Shown here piece after piece: positions 40,682 through 53,020 of a stretch of 64,000 nt of DNA (its first letter is position 1; each line of letters starts with the position of its first letter). Under the pieces are notes generated by a model. That model had not been told where the DNA came from. It saw nothing but the letters and a program-made list of their open reading frames with translations, and made no database searches. Location of the stretch: contig NC_045697.1 in assembly GCF_009834535.1 (NCBI RefSeq), forward strand, positions 112,408,001 to 112,472,000, in the 5' to 3' direction. The DNA comes from Camelus ferus. Lineage: Eukaryota. The position numbers and the translations under genes were made by a program.

Positions 40682-41131
40682 TGTTATGAGTTGAACTGTG
40701 TTCCCCTCCCCGCAAAAAATATGTTGTAGTTCTAACCCACAGTAACTCAGAATGTGACCTTATTGGGAGTTGGGATATTGCCAGGGTAATTAAAATGAGA
40801 TCAGCCTGGAGTTGGATGGGCTCCTGGTGCATATGACTTGTGTTCTTATAAGAAGATGGTCGTGGGAAGACACAAGCATCCGCGGAAAACACTGCGAGAA
40901 GACAAGGCAGAGGCGAGCTGTGTAGCTGCAAGCACGGACGGATTGCCAAAGATTACCGACAGGCCAGAAGCCGGGAGGAGGCGGGGATGACCTCGCTGCG
41001 AGCTTCCGAGGGGGCGTGGCCCTGCCAACACCTGGATCCTCGGCTGCTAGAGCTGTGAGGCTATACGGTGCCGTGGTTTTAAGCCACCAGTTCGTGATAT
41101 CTTGTTGTCTTCAGCCCTGAAAGCTGATGCA
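40682..41131 (+). mobile_element. MLT1C-type solo LTR, CpG-rich
   Basis: tgttatgagttgaactgtgttccc...cagaatgtgaccttatt...ttttaagccacc...tgatgca. TG..CA termini. 5-bp TSD acgtg / atgtg. Confidence 0.88.
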
Positions 41132-41330
41132 ATGTGCAATGGGAAAAAATCTGTTGCACAGAACAGTTTCCGAGACAGAGCAATCCAAATTGTTTTCACA
41201 AACTATGATGCCTCCTCTAATTCCTTAAGGAAAATGTTTGTTTTATCCTAGGTAATGGTATGCCCAGAAGTAGTCTTTTAAAAATATTACTATAATTATT
41301 TTCACATCAACTTAAAAACTATTGTTTTCT

Positions 41331-41485
41331 CTTTTTAAAATAATACTTTTTTTGTTTGTTTTTTGGGGGGTAGGTAATTAGATTTATTTATTCTTTATCT
41401 ATCTATCTATTTATTTATTTCTAAATGGAGTTACTGGGGGTTGAACCCAGGACCTTGTGCATGCTAAGCACGTGCTCCACCCCTC
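41331..41485 (-). mobile_element. tRNA-Ala-derived SINE with a deletion in the head
   Basis: B-box present (gggttgaacccaggacc in antisense). TSD core ttgttttct at 41322-41330 and 41486-41494. Confidence 0.85.
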
Positions 41486-42284
41486 TTGTTTTCTAAGGCT
41501 TTTTTTGTTGTTGTTGTTGATTCTTGTTTCAGTCCTTCCTATTCTTAGTATTCTTAGCATTGCTTTGATTTTTGATTTGTTAAGAAAATATAAGTCTACA
41601 AATATATAATATAGTATGTAAATATAGCTCACAATATCATTTTAATGACGTGCATTATATTCTGGTTTTGAAGATTTTCTGTCTATGGAAAAATGAGTAA
41701 ATCTATAGGCAGGTATAAATCAGGGGGAAAAAAAGAACAAATTATAGGAGTGACAGAGGCAGCAAAATCAGAGGAAAACACCTTAAACTAAAAGTCAAAA
41801 TAATTGACTTGCAGCCTCAGCCTTGCTGCTTAGGTGCAGTATGTCCTCGAGTCATTTAATCTCTGAACAAACTTCAATGATTTCCTCTTTGTAAAATTAG
41901 TAAGATGCTGGGATGCTTTGAAGATCAAACAAGGAAGCACATCTTTTCAGCTGATACAGTTCTCAGTGAGTTGTAAGTTCTCTGAATGGTCCTCGGATAC
42001 ATGGACCCGGGCTGGAGGACTCCTGAGTGAGGAAGGGGTGTATGTGACACTCTTAAGCCTCTTATAAAATGACAAGAATTTGACTTTTCTTTTCCCCATT
42101 TTTCTATCAACACTACTCTTCCCTATTTTCCTACCGAAGCCAGAGCTGATTTTATTTAATTAATTCAACATAGTTTCCAATGAGGCACCAGATGTTTTCT
42201 TAATGGATACTGAAGATCTAAAGACAAAGATGGAGTTGTCACAGTCTTCAGGAATTTAAGTGGATGTTTGGTGTGAGTAAAATT

Positions 42285-42430
42285 CATTCGGTGTTCTTGT
42301 TAAAAATGTCCCCTTGGAAGCCTCACCTCTTAGAAATTTAAGCTCAGTCAAATCTGTTTTCATAAGGACTCTAGATATTTCTGGAGTGAATTGTCCATAA
42401 GCCATTTCTTAAAAAAAATTCTGTGGTCTG
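42285..42430. mobile_element. Possible MER5-like DNA transposon remnant
   Basis: cttgttaaaaatg...cctcacctc..agaaatt...tcag, a weak MER5-like motif. Confidence 0.35.
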
Positions 42431-44600
42431 AATGATCAAGAACTGATTGAAACAGGCAATTAAGTCTTTTGATAGTTCTTAATTACCTAACTAGACACTT
42501 CTGAAAAAGTATGATTTATTACCACTAGTATATGTGACTTTTAATCACAAAAGAATGGAAACCCTCTTGAGGGTGAAGTAAAACAAAGAGGAGGGCGTCA
42601 TAGACACTCAGTTTGTTTTGCATGAATAAACTCTTTTGATCAGGTCCGCAGCCTGGACCAGAACTAGTGATTGCAGAGGACAGAGGCTGGAGAACATACA
42701 CTTTGCTGGGTGAAAATCTTTCTTTCAAATTCAAAACACTTAAATATCACTACATCTTTAGTAGAATGAGTGGAATTTTAATGAATTAACCAGAGTTCTT
42801 GTAATACTTGGATATTTAAGTTCTTGGATAATGTTAATTTCATAAAAATCATGAAAATGCATTTCTTTTGCTCTTAGAAAAAGATTATGTTGGTTATTTG
42901 TCAGGAACAGGTGAGAGTTTAGGTGGGTTTCGGGTGTGGTCGAAGTGAAAAAGACCCAGGCTCGGAGCTGATCATCGCACTGTGTCATCAACTACTCGGA
43001 TGAGATGATCAAGACCTTGACATGTCTGGGATGTTGTTTCTGCATCTGTGAAATGAGGAATAGGTGTTAATTAATTTTTAGATTTGGTTCCATTTCTAAC
43101 AGATGAAATTCTACATCTGTAACTTTCAAAGCATCCATTAGCAGATTTTGCCACATAACTAGAAATGGCTTAATGACAAAACATTTTTCTTTATTTGAAC
43201 AGCTAGTTTTTTAAGTTTATTGTTGCTGGAATTTACTCTATAAAACATACAGAAGTACATCTAAATTATACTGTTTTTAGAGAGTATTCATTTGCAAGAC
43301 ATTTTGCACATAGAACCCACAATGTGTGAAATGTATAGAATTCACATTTCTGTAAGCTCCTGAGTGGCAGAAAACAACGCAGAACAGGTAAATAGAGAAA
43401 TCACACTTCTCTGGCCTGTTATAGTTCACAGAGCAATTTCTGAAAGTATCCTCTCACTTAAGGTAAACTTAGAACTTCAAAAAAGGCATGAATATGTGAT
43501 GTATTTTGTAAGATTGTTGTATATATGTATATATCAAACATGTGGTTTATCTGATATTTTAATAGTATATGTATTTTTAAAAATCTAAATTCAGATTCTA
43601 AAAATCAAATGATACTTTAAATGCACAAGAAGAGGAGGCTATTTAAAATAATCTGTGATGAATTTTTCTTTTTAATTTTGGTGATTTGTATGATGTATAT
43701 TCTAAAAGTCAACTTTGTCTGTGGAAAGCCCTTGGCATCAAAATGAAATTTATTCCTAAGTGCTGATCTGTGAAACATCAAGCCACTCTTCTTCAACACT
43801 GACAGAATCTTTTTGTCACATGTGGCTTGCTTGCTTTATTAACAGGAGCATCATAGGGTCTCTCTATATAGGTGATATTGTATAAATAATAGTGTTCGGC
43901 TGTTTCTCAGTATTTTCAAACTTTTAGCATCTCATGTTTATATATTTGACTTTATCTCAAAGGTTATTTATCATCCCCACCCCGCCCCCCAGTAAGGTAC
44001 TTGAGGTAGAGTTATTCCTTCTACAAACTGCTTTGGAAAGTTTTCCTTTAGTTTAGAATAATGGGGGGTAGTTTCTAAGTAGAGAAGCAGAGAATAGGAT
44101 ATGTTACAAATTAACCGATTCATTTTGGAAGGCTAAGATGGTTTGAACTACTACTTCGGTGATTGAGGGTTATTAGTACAACGTTTGTGTGTCTCTGTGT
44201 GTATCTCTTTGTGTGTGTTTGTATAAGGAATCGAATCATGATTTTTGCTTATATGCTCTCGGACTCTCTGGAAAGGAAAGGGTGAACAAGGTTTTTTGTA
44301 AAACATGTGACAAAATATTTTAAAAAATTAAGACACCAATTTAGCTAAATAATCTCCTCTGAGTTGGTCTGGTTCCCATCATTTTATTTTACTTATCTGA
44401 CTCATCAGCACCTGAAATTACAATTTGATGTGCACATCTCTAGGTAAGTGCCTGTTTATTGTTTTGTTTCTGTCTTCCTCACATTCGCATCAGAATATAA
44501 AAGCTCCATAAGGGAAGGAATTTGCCTTCTTATTCATTATTGCAACCACGGCACTTGGCAAATGCATGAATGAATGGATACGGTTAGAATCGTATGTGCT

Positions 44601-44907
44601 TTTGATGTCTGTGAGTCTGTTTCTGGTCTATAAATAAGTTACCGCAGGGAAAAGGGGGTGGGAAGGGATAAATCGGGAGTTTGAGATTTGCAGATACTAA
44701 CTACTATATCTAAAATAGATAAACAACGTTTCTTTTGTATAGCATAGGGAACTATATTCAATATGTTGTAGTAAACTATAATGAAAAAGAATATGAAAAC
44801 AAATATACTATGTGTATCTATGACTGAACTGTTATTCTGTACACCAGAAATTGACACATTGTAAGTGACTATACCTCAACTAAAAAAAAAAAAAAAAAAA
44901 AAGAAAA
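44601..44907 (+). mobile_element. L1 3' end with 5' inversion (twin priming)
   Basis: 44601-44640 is L1 3'UTR in antisense and 44638-44907 is in sense with poly-A. TSD agaatc(g/c)tatgtgct at 44586-44600 and 44908-44922. Confidence 0.93.
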
Positions 44908-45654
44908 AGAATCCTATGTGCTAACTTCTGTCCAACCAAGTGTCCACAGTCAGGTTGTGAAAGATGAGAGCCAAGAACACCTGAAGAGTTGGAAGATCAG
45001 GAAAGGCGCCATTTATAACAAGTGACATAACACTTAATGGGATTAGTGGTTAGGGAATTGAGGATGCCGGGAAGTAAAAACTTAGGGTGAGCTAGAAAGA
45101 AGTACTCTTGGTCTCCTTTTGCTGTTTTAGACAAAAGCACAAAATGAAGTAATGTAGAAAACATTTAGGCCAGCGCTTGATAGCAGCTCCAGTGGACGAC
45201 GGAGGCCTGGCGGGCTACTTGGATGACCTTGGCAAAGGAGACGGAGCTGAGAAGTTTCCAGTCAAATCCTCAAGCACAGCAAAGTTCAGAAATGGACTTG
45301 AGGGACCTCGGGTTCTCAGTGGTACTCAGTTCTTCTGAGCACAATTTCTTCCATCTGGGCCAAGTGCCCTATGGGGAATCCTGCTTCAGGAAAGGACTGT
45401 TGTTCACAACGTAGAAAGTTAATTCTGCTCTGCTTTTCAGTCTACATATGTCATGGGTAAGCATAAAGCTCTGCCCAAGGTTGTCACCTTGTCACCATCC
45501 ATAGAGGGCATGGGTGGTTGTTTTCGTACTGTACTTTTGAACTTACAAGCAAAAGGACTTGCAGCCCATCTTTTGAAATCCACATGGAAGCATTTCTGTG
45601 ATGTTTTTCTCCTTGGAATGGTCTTAGCTCTCCTGTGCATCACTGTCTTTGGTG

Positions 45655-46155
45655 TTTTTGTTTTTTTTTTTTTAATTGCTGCTCCAACAAATGATCGCAC
45701 ACTTATTGGCTGAAAACAGCTTGCATTTATGATCTTACAGTTCTGGAGGTTGGAGATCGAAAATGGGTCTCACTGGGCTAAAATCAAATGTCAGCGACAT
45801 GTTCCTTCTGGAGCATCTAAGGGAATCTGTGTCCTTGTTTTTTTTCCAGTTTCTAAAGCACCCATATTCTTTGGCTCCAGGCTCTGTTCCCTCTTTAAAC
45901 CCAGCAATGACCAGTCAAGCATTTCTCACATTGTATCACTGTGATGCTGAGGCTTTGCCTCCCTCTTCCTGTTGAAGGACCCCTGTGATGACCCTGTTAA
46001 AGGGCCCATCCAGATGATCCAGACAAGGTTAGCTGATTAGCGGCTGTTACTCCACCATCACCTTAGATCCCCTTTGCCATGTAATGTAACATTTTTATGG
46101 ATTCTAGGGATTAAAACCCATACATCTTTTGGAGACAGTTACTCTGCCTACCACA
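45655..46155 (-). mobile_element. MLT1D-type solo LTR
   Basis: atcttacagttctggagg...gggtctcactgggctaaaatcaa...tctgcctaccaca. Confidence 0.85.
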
Positions 46156-48986
46156 ATTACGCGTTTTGTTTTATGAAGATTTGGGCTTTTCTGAAAATGA
46201 ACACATCTCTCGAAAAGGGACAATTCTACTTTCATGTCTGGTTCGATTGGCCTGAATCTAGGAAGGAAGAGCATCTAAACCCTTGTTGATTTCTGGTCAG
46301 TTCGTTCTTCGAAGAGGACCAAGCTCAAGGTTGCTGGAGCAGGATGAGGTCAGAAATGTCACGGTCGCCTTATTTTTTCCAATTAGACTTGCTGTTCAGA
46401 AGAAATGCCTGTTCTCTTGTGAAAAAAGCAACCTCATTCTCTGTTACGCGTAACTAACCTGTTTGCGGACTCACACGTCTCAAATAGGACTTTCTGTGCA
46501 GTATTTTTTGGTACATTCCTTGCACTTGGTGGGAACGTTTGAATAACTGCTTTACATTTGCAAAAAACACAACACCCCAGGCACTTCCAAACTTTGTAGA
46601 AGATAAAGTTCATAACAAATCGTTTGAAATCATCATTATCTGTCCAAGTGAAATTTCATAATAAGATTCATATTTTGGATCTCTGTGATAGACTCTAAAT
46701 AAGAATTAATCTCTGTAATTAACTTGTGGTGGAATTTCACTTTATAATTGTGTGCAGGTTAAACCAACAGTTGCTTATTCTTTGCTGTTTTTGGAAGTAA
46801 CTGTTCCATCACATTGTTTTATGAGGCAATAATACAGCGTCTAAGTGGAAAAACTCTGGGCACAAATAATTCATCCTATTGAATAACAAAGAGATTTTCA
46901 TCAATAAGTCAGGAAATCAGATTATTTTTCATGTGAGGCCCAACTGAGACACTTATAACTACGAGAAAAGCTGTGATTAATGATGCTTGACTGTCAGAAG
47001 TTTGAAAATTTAACATGAATTTATTAAATATCCAGAAATCTATAAGTTAATCCATTCCTCAAACAAGCTGTCTGAATTTCTTTACATCACTCATCCAACA
47101 CCTGCTACACTTGGGGAGCTTCTGATTTATGTGGCTTTAAGTATCTCCCAAACTAGGGGAATTTATGGTATTCCTGACCCAAAACATGAATTTTTACGAC
47201 TGACTCAAATCTAAAAATAGTTGTTTTCACTGAAGGAGTCCTTGAAGCCGTTGCTAAGGAACCAGCTCTGGGAAATGAAGACAAAATATCAAGATCTCTT
47301 AGTGAAAAAGGAGAAAAAATTCTGAAAAGCAGCTGTTTCTCAAGGCAGCTGCTATGTAGTGATGAACTGTTTCAGGCCTGGTCCACCCCTCCCAGTTGCC
47401 TTGCCATGAAACTGTGTTCTCACTCTGCCCTCTGAACCATCCTGGTTCTGGTGCTTCCCAAGATGTCACTGGTTAGATTTAATAACAATTCACTTCTCAA
47501 ATGCGAAGATTTCAGAGAGGTCTAAAGTCCTTAGGCCACACTAAACATGCCCTGTGCCTGACCTTGGCCTACAGGAAGTTAAATACCACGTTAGAAGATG
47601 AGAGATACAGGAAATGAGACAATTCCACTAGTGTCTTGGCCCATGTTCATTGCCACGGATGATCAGAAAGAAGCATGGAGGCATTTGCTTGAGTCTCTAA
47701 AGAATCACATATAAGAATTCATCTTGTCTTAGGAAAAAGGATTATTCACAATGCACAGTGGTCAGTCAGCCAGAATTTTCTAAAGGCCTTGGAACGGACT
47801 TAACAATAGTTAGCTTGGTTAATAGCATTTTCGTTATAAAGACAATTTTTCTTTCTATTGGAGGACTTTCGTGGGATGCTAGAGGAACCCCAGCTTTGGG
47901 CAGGGGCTTACGTGGAAGTGATGCAGAGGCAACTCTACTCACCTAAAGATTTTACAGGCTAAAAACCTACTGGGAAAGCGAAGTAGGAACATGGAAATTA
48001 GGAGAGGGGTGAAGACGTGGTAGAATGGGGAAGCGGTTAATTGAGAAGATGGCTGTCCATCATTAGCAGTGAAAACTCACTTAACCAGGACCTATGGAGA
48101 ATGGGGTGTACCTGAAGAGCCTGAATTATCTGCTGTCACTAGTCAAGTGGTGTTATTTTCACACTGACTCATTTCGGAATTATACTCAAGAACAGAGCAA
48201 AATCCAGTGGACTGACACCATGTCAGCCTCCCCCACCGGCAGTCACAGTTCCAGGACCTTTTGGTCCTCTGTTCAATAGGTGGCCCTGGTTAAATGCATA
48301 TGCGTCTTCTTCACCTGGGTTCAGGGTAATCCCAACTGCGTAGCTCTGACCATCAGGTATTTGGGTTGTAAGAAATGAAAAGAACCACCTACCAATTCTC
48401 AGAACATGACTATTTTCTAATATCTGAGTTGAATTTGGTTATTAAAAAAAAGACTAAACATGATTGTAGTTTTAATCAAACTTTTATCAGAGGTGAGTAG
48501 TCTATAGGGTGTTCTTTTCTATATTTAGCTAAACTCTAAAATGACTTTTTAATTTGGTGTGTGTTCATTTGAGTAACTATATAGAATGACCAGCGTTATT
48601 CCTCAAGGTCACTAAAACAGTTATTCCTCTACCACTTGGAAGAACAATGTGAAGAATTTGTATTTTTACCAAGTTGCCGTCTTACTTGAAGCTGGCACGT
48701 TACCAGTTAGAATGATGAACTCTGTGTTGCAACAAGGAGGGACGCTCTTTAAAATTATCGTTAAGATTACTAACCTGGGCGTGAAGTGCGCTGCCTGCAG
48801 GCAGGGCAGAAGGTAGTATGATTTGGTCTGGTAAGGTACAGACTTGTTAGCCTCATGGAGATGGTGGGAGAGGTTCTTTAGACAAGTTTGTTTGCAGGGC
48901 TTTCCTTGCAAGTAGTTACCACAAGAGAGTTAAAAGAAACTCGTATGACTGTTTTCCAAATGTAGCAGATACAATTTAACACCACT

Positions 48987-49027
48987 CGATCACACGGAGA
49001 AGGAGCCGATCACACGGAGAAGGAGCC
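48987..49027. repeat. Perfect 20-bp tandem duplication
   Basis: cgatcacacggagaaggagc occurs twice in tandem. Confidence 0.97.
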
Positions 49028-51063
49028 AATTGCTCTTGCAGAGACAGATTTCAGATCTTAAAATACAGAGGACAGGGAAAGATTCAAGAAGCCCTCATCC
49101 TTGGAGAATGCTTGTGGTGGGACCTGCTTGCCAAAGAAAGGGTCAGTAAGCCAAGGTTTCCTGCTGCTTCCACCAAAGGGAGGAGGAGGGGGGCTGTTTC
49201 CCCCCGTTTCCCATTCCCACTTCGAGATCAACTCACCAAGTGAACAACTGCACGAAGCCAATTTCAGAAGCTTCCATTGAGAATAAAAGTATGAGGTTAT
49301 AGGGGCCTGTTACTCAAAACATCCCTTGTCAGTTAGGGTAGCAGATACATTTCAGTTCTCCTGCTAACCCTCATGAATTGTTGGAGACTGCCTGGGGCAC
49401 TGTCTTGACAGAGTTTAGAAGGTCATGTTCAGGCTTGTCGAGGAAGGATGTTGTGATTAGTTAGAGATACCCTTCATGGATGAGGGTGTAGAGAAGAAGG
49501 TGTATCACGAGTCACTCTATTTTAACAGCTAGAGTTCAGGTAATAAATATGTCTATATCCTTAATTCCAAGGGTATATTTTATGTTGAAATGGATGGAGA
49601 AATGTTGGTGCTCTCAGTAGTCCAAAGATAAAAGGCTAAAAGGCTTAAAGGCTTAATCCAGAAATGGAGACCTTGATTTGATAACTAGCCCTTCGATTCA
49701 TGACACAGATTATACCTGATAATACAGAATAATTAACAAGCCTTTGTTATTGGGGGCAGAGTGGAGAAAGATGCAGTGACAAAGGGGTCATCTTTTTTCT
49801 AGAAATTCTAGTGGGTCTAAATCTAACTTAGCATCTCTATTTCCTAAAGGTTAGTAGAGTTCATGATATATATTTTACGTATTTTTTTTTGCATTCACAG
49901 TAGCCGTTAAATACACATACCTGTTTACAGTGTTCTTTGAATTCAATTCTCTAGCATTGGTTTTCCACTCTGTGTAAATTATCTTGGAATTTTTAGACAA
50001 GGCCACTGTCTACTTCTGCTCTGAATAAGCGACCCTCGTAGCAAGGACGGACAGCCCCTCCTTCCAGATCTGTGTCTCTCTGAAATGAATACTGCAGTCG
50101 TTTCTGTCACTCCAACAGGTCTGCTGGACTTTCCCAGCCCCTTGCGGATGGGAGGAGGGAGACAGTACACTACACATTGGGATACATCTCTTATCGTCTT
50201 TTTGGCTTTAGGAGCTCAGCTGGACTGAGTTAATGAACGTGAGGTTTTGGACGATTTTTAAAGATCTTTTAAAGCCTGGGCACAGAAGGATTGGACAATG
50301 CCATTTTCTGAGGTCGCCTTACCAGAGAAGCTGAACTGTGAAGATGACTGCGTGTCCTTGGGCACACAGCATTCATGTGTGTGTTTAGTTGCATGTTATC
50401 TGGCTCTCTGAGCCGTTCTATGTGCTATCAACGAGCTAAGTTTCCCCGTTTCGTAAATTATCATGTTCATCTTCCCATAGAACTTCATGGTTCCACAAAA
50501 TCCTCAGATATATTATCATTGACCAGACCAGGGAAATTCATCTTTGCTTTAATACCCATTTCGTAGCTGAAGGCTTTAATTTCAGAGAAGCCAAGTGAGA
50601 CACTCCAGTGAGATCACTAAGAATAAAATTCTGACTTCTGTTCTGTTGTAATCTATGTGATGGCTGAGTCTGTGCCTTGCCAACGTAGGATTTCAGAATA
50701 CATTCTCGCTCTTTTTTTTTAAGTCGGATTGCCCAGCAGTGAGGACCTTTGACTCTCTACCTGCCTGCACAGACTTTCTTCACTCTCACATGGTCTTAGT
50801 TATTTCCGAGTCTCTCAAGGAAGAGGCTGTGGCTCACAGGCTCAGGAAGAGTTTCCACGTGAATTCATGATGCTGGTGCCTTTTCTGCCCCAGTCTTCGG
50901 GAGGTGGAGAGGTGAGCTGAGCAGCGGGGGACGATACTGCCTTGTCACTACCTTTCATTGTCACCAACACCCTGCGCTGCTCTGCCCACACCACTTCTCC
51001 CAGAGCGTGTTCGTGTCCATTCCTTAATTTACCCACACACAAGGAGGATATGACTGCAAATTT

Positions 51064-53020
51064 CATTTTATTTTTTTTCCTTTAAATTGATATATAACCA
51101 GTTTACATTGTGTCAATTTCTGGTGTACAGCATAATGTTTCAGTCATCCATATACATACATGTATTTGTTTTCATACTTTTTCTTTATAGGTTACTATAA
51201 GATATTGAATATAGTTCCCTGTGCTATACAGTATAAACATGTTTATCTATTTTATATATATTAATTAGTATCTGCAAATCTCAAACTCATGATTTATCCT
51301 TTCCTACCCCTTCTTCCCCCAGTAACCGTAAGATTATTTACTATGACTGTGAGTCTGTTTCTGTTTTGTAAATGAGTTCATTTGTGTCTTCTTTTTTCTT
51401 TTTTTAGATTCCACCTATGAGTGATATCATATGGTATTTTTGTTTCTCTTTCTGGTTTACTTCACTTAAAATGATGATCTTCAGTTCCATTCATGTTGCT
51501 GCAGATGGCATTATTTTATTATTTTTATGGCTGAGTAGTATTCCATTTTATAAATATACCACAGCTTGTTTATCCATTCATCTGTTGATGGACATTTAGG
51601 TTGTTTCCATGTCTTGGCTACTGTATATACTGCTGCTGTGAACACTGGGCTGCATGTATCTTTTCAAATTAGAGTTTTCTCTTGATACATGCTCAGGAGT
51701 GGGATTGCTGGATCATATGGTAAGTCTATTTTTAATTTTTTGTTGAATCTCCAAACTGTTTTCCAGAATGGCTGCACCAGACTACATTCCCACCAGCAGC
51801 AGTAGGGGGGTTCCCTTTTCCACACACCGTCTCCAGCATTTATTGTTCATGGACTTTTGAATGGTGGCCATTCTAACTGGTGTGAGGTGATACCTCATTG
51901 TAATTTTGATTTGCATTTCTCTGATAATACACAGTACTGAGCATTTTTTCACATATCTATTGGCCATTTGTATCTCTTCATTGGAGAATTGCTTGTTTAG
52001 GTCTTCTGCTCATTTTTGGATTGGGTTGTTTATTTTTTTGTTATTGAGTTGTATGAGCTGTTTATATATTCTGGAAGTTAAACCTTTGTCAGTTGCATCA
52101 TTTGCAAATATTTTCTCCCGTTCTGCAGTTTGTCATTTTGTTTTGCTTATGGTTTCCTTTGCTGTGCAAAAGATTATAAGTTTAATTAGGTCCCATTTGT
52201 TTCTTTTTCCTTTATTTCTGTTTCCTGGGTAGATTGCGCTAGGAGAGCATTGCTAAAATTTATGTCAGAGAATGTTTTACCTGTTTTCTTCTAGGAGGTT
52301 TATAGTGTCTTATATTTAAGTCTTTAAGCCATTTTGAGTTTAATTTTGTGTATGGTGTGAGTGAGTGTTCTAACTTCATTGATTTACATGTGGCTGTCCA
52401 GTTTTCCCAACACCACTTGCTGAAGAAACGGTCTTTTCTCCTTTGTATATCCTTGCATCCTTTGTTGAAGATTAATTGACCATAAATGTGTGAATTTATT
52501 TCTGAGTTATTTATTCTGTTCCATTGATCCATATGTCTGTTTTTGTACCAATACCATGCAGTTTTGATTACTGTAGCTCTGTAGTATTGTGTGAAGCCTG
52601 GGAGAGTTTTTCCTCCAGCTTCATTATTTTTCTTCAGTATTGCTTTGACAATTCTAGGTCTTCTGCGATCCTGTATAAATTTTAGGATTATTTGTTCTAG
52701 TTCTGTGAAAAATGTGCTGGGTAATTTCATAGGGCTCACATTAAATCTGTAGATTGCCTTGGTCAGTGTGGCCATTTTAACAATATTGATTCTTCCCATC
52801 CAAGAGCATGGGATATCTTTTCATTTCTTTAAGTCATCTTTAATTTCCTTAATCACTGTTTTGTAGTTCTCTGCATATGTCTTTCACTTCCTTGGGCAGA
52901 TTTATTCCTAAGTATTTTATTTTTTTGGATGCAATTTTAAAAGGGGTTGTTCCTTTACTTTCTTTTTCTGATATTTAATTGTTAGTGTAGAGAAATGCAA
53001 TTGATTTCTGTATGTCAAAC
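51064..53020 (-). mobile_element. About 1.96-kb 5'-truncated L1
   Basis: Continuous ORF2 3' portion plus 3'UTR. Perfect 15-bp TSD tatgactgcaaattt at 51049-51063 and 53021-53035. Confidence 0.97.
51782..52799 (-). pseudogene. Disrupted L1 ORF2p C-terminal region
   Basis: ORFs 52260..52799 ([19 protein letters not shown]...[13 protein letters not shown]...FSKWCWENW) and 51782..51967 ([19 protein letters not shown]) are L1 ORF2p motifs broken by stops and frameshifts. Confidence 0.95.

Noticed and set aside
40437..40949. 170-aa minus-strand ORF
   Set aside because: About half lies in the antisense MLT1C LTR, it has a non-ATG start, and no protein is recognisable.
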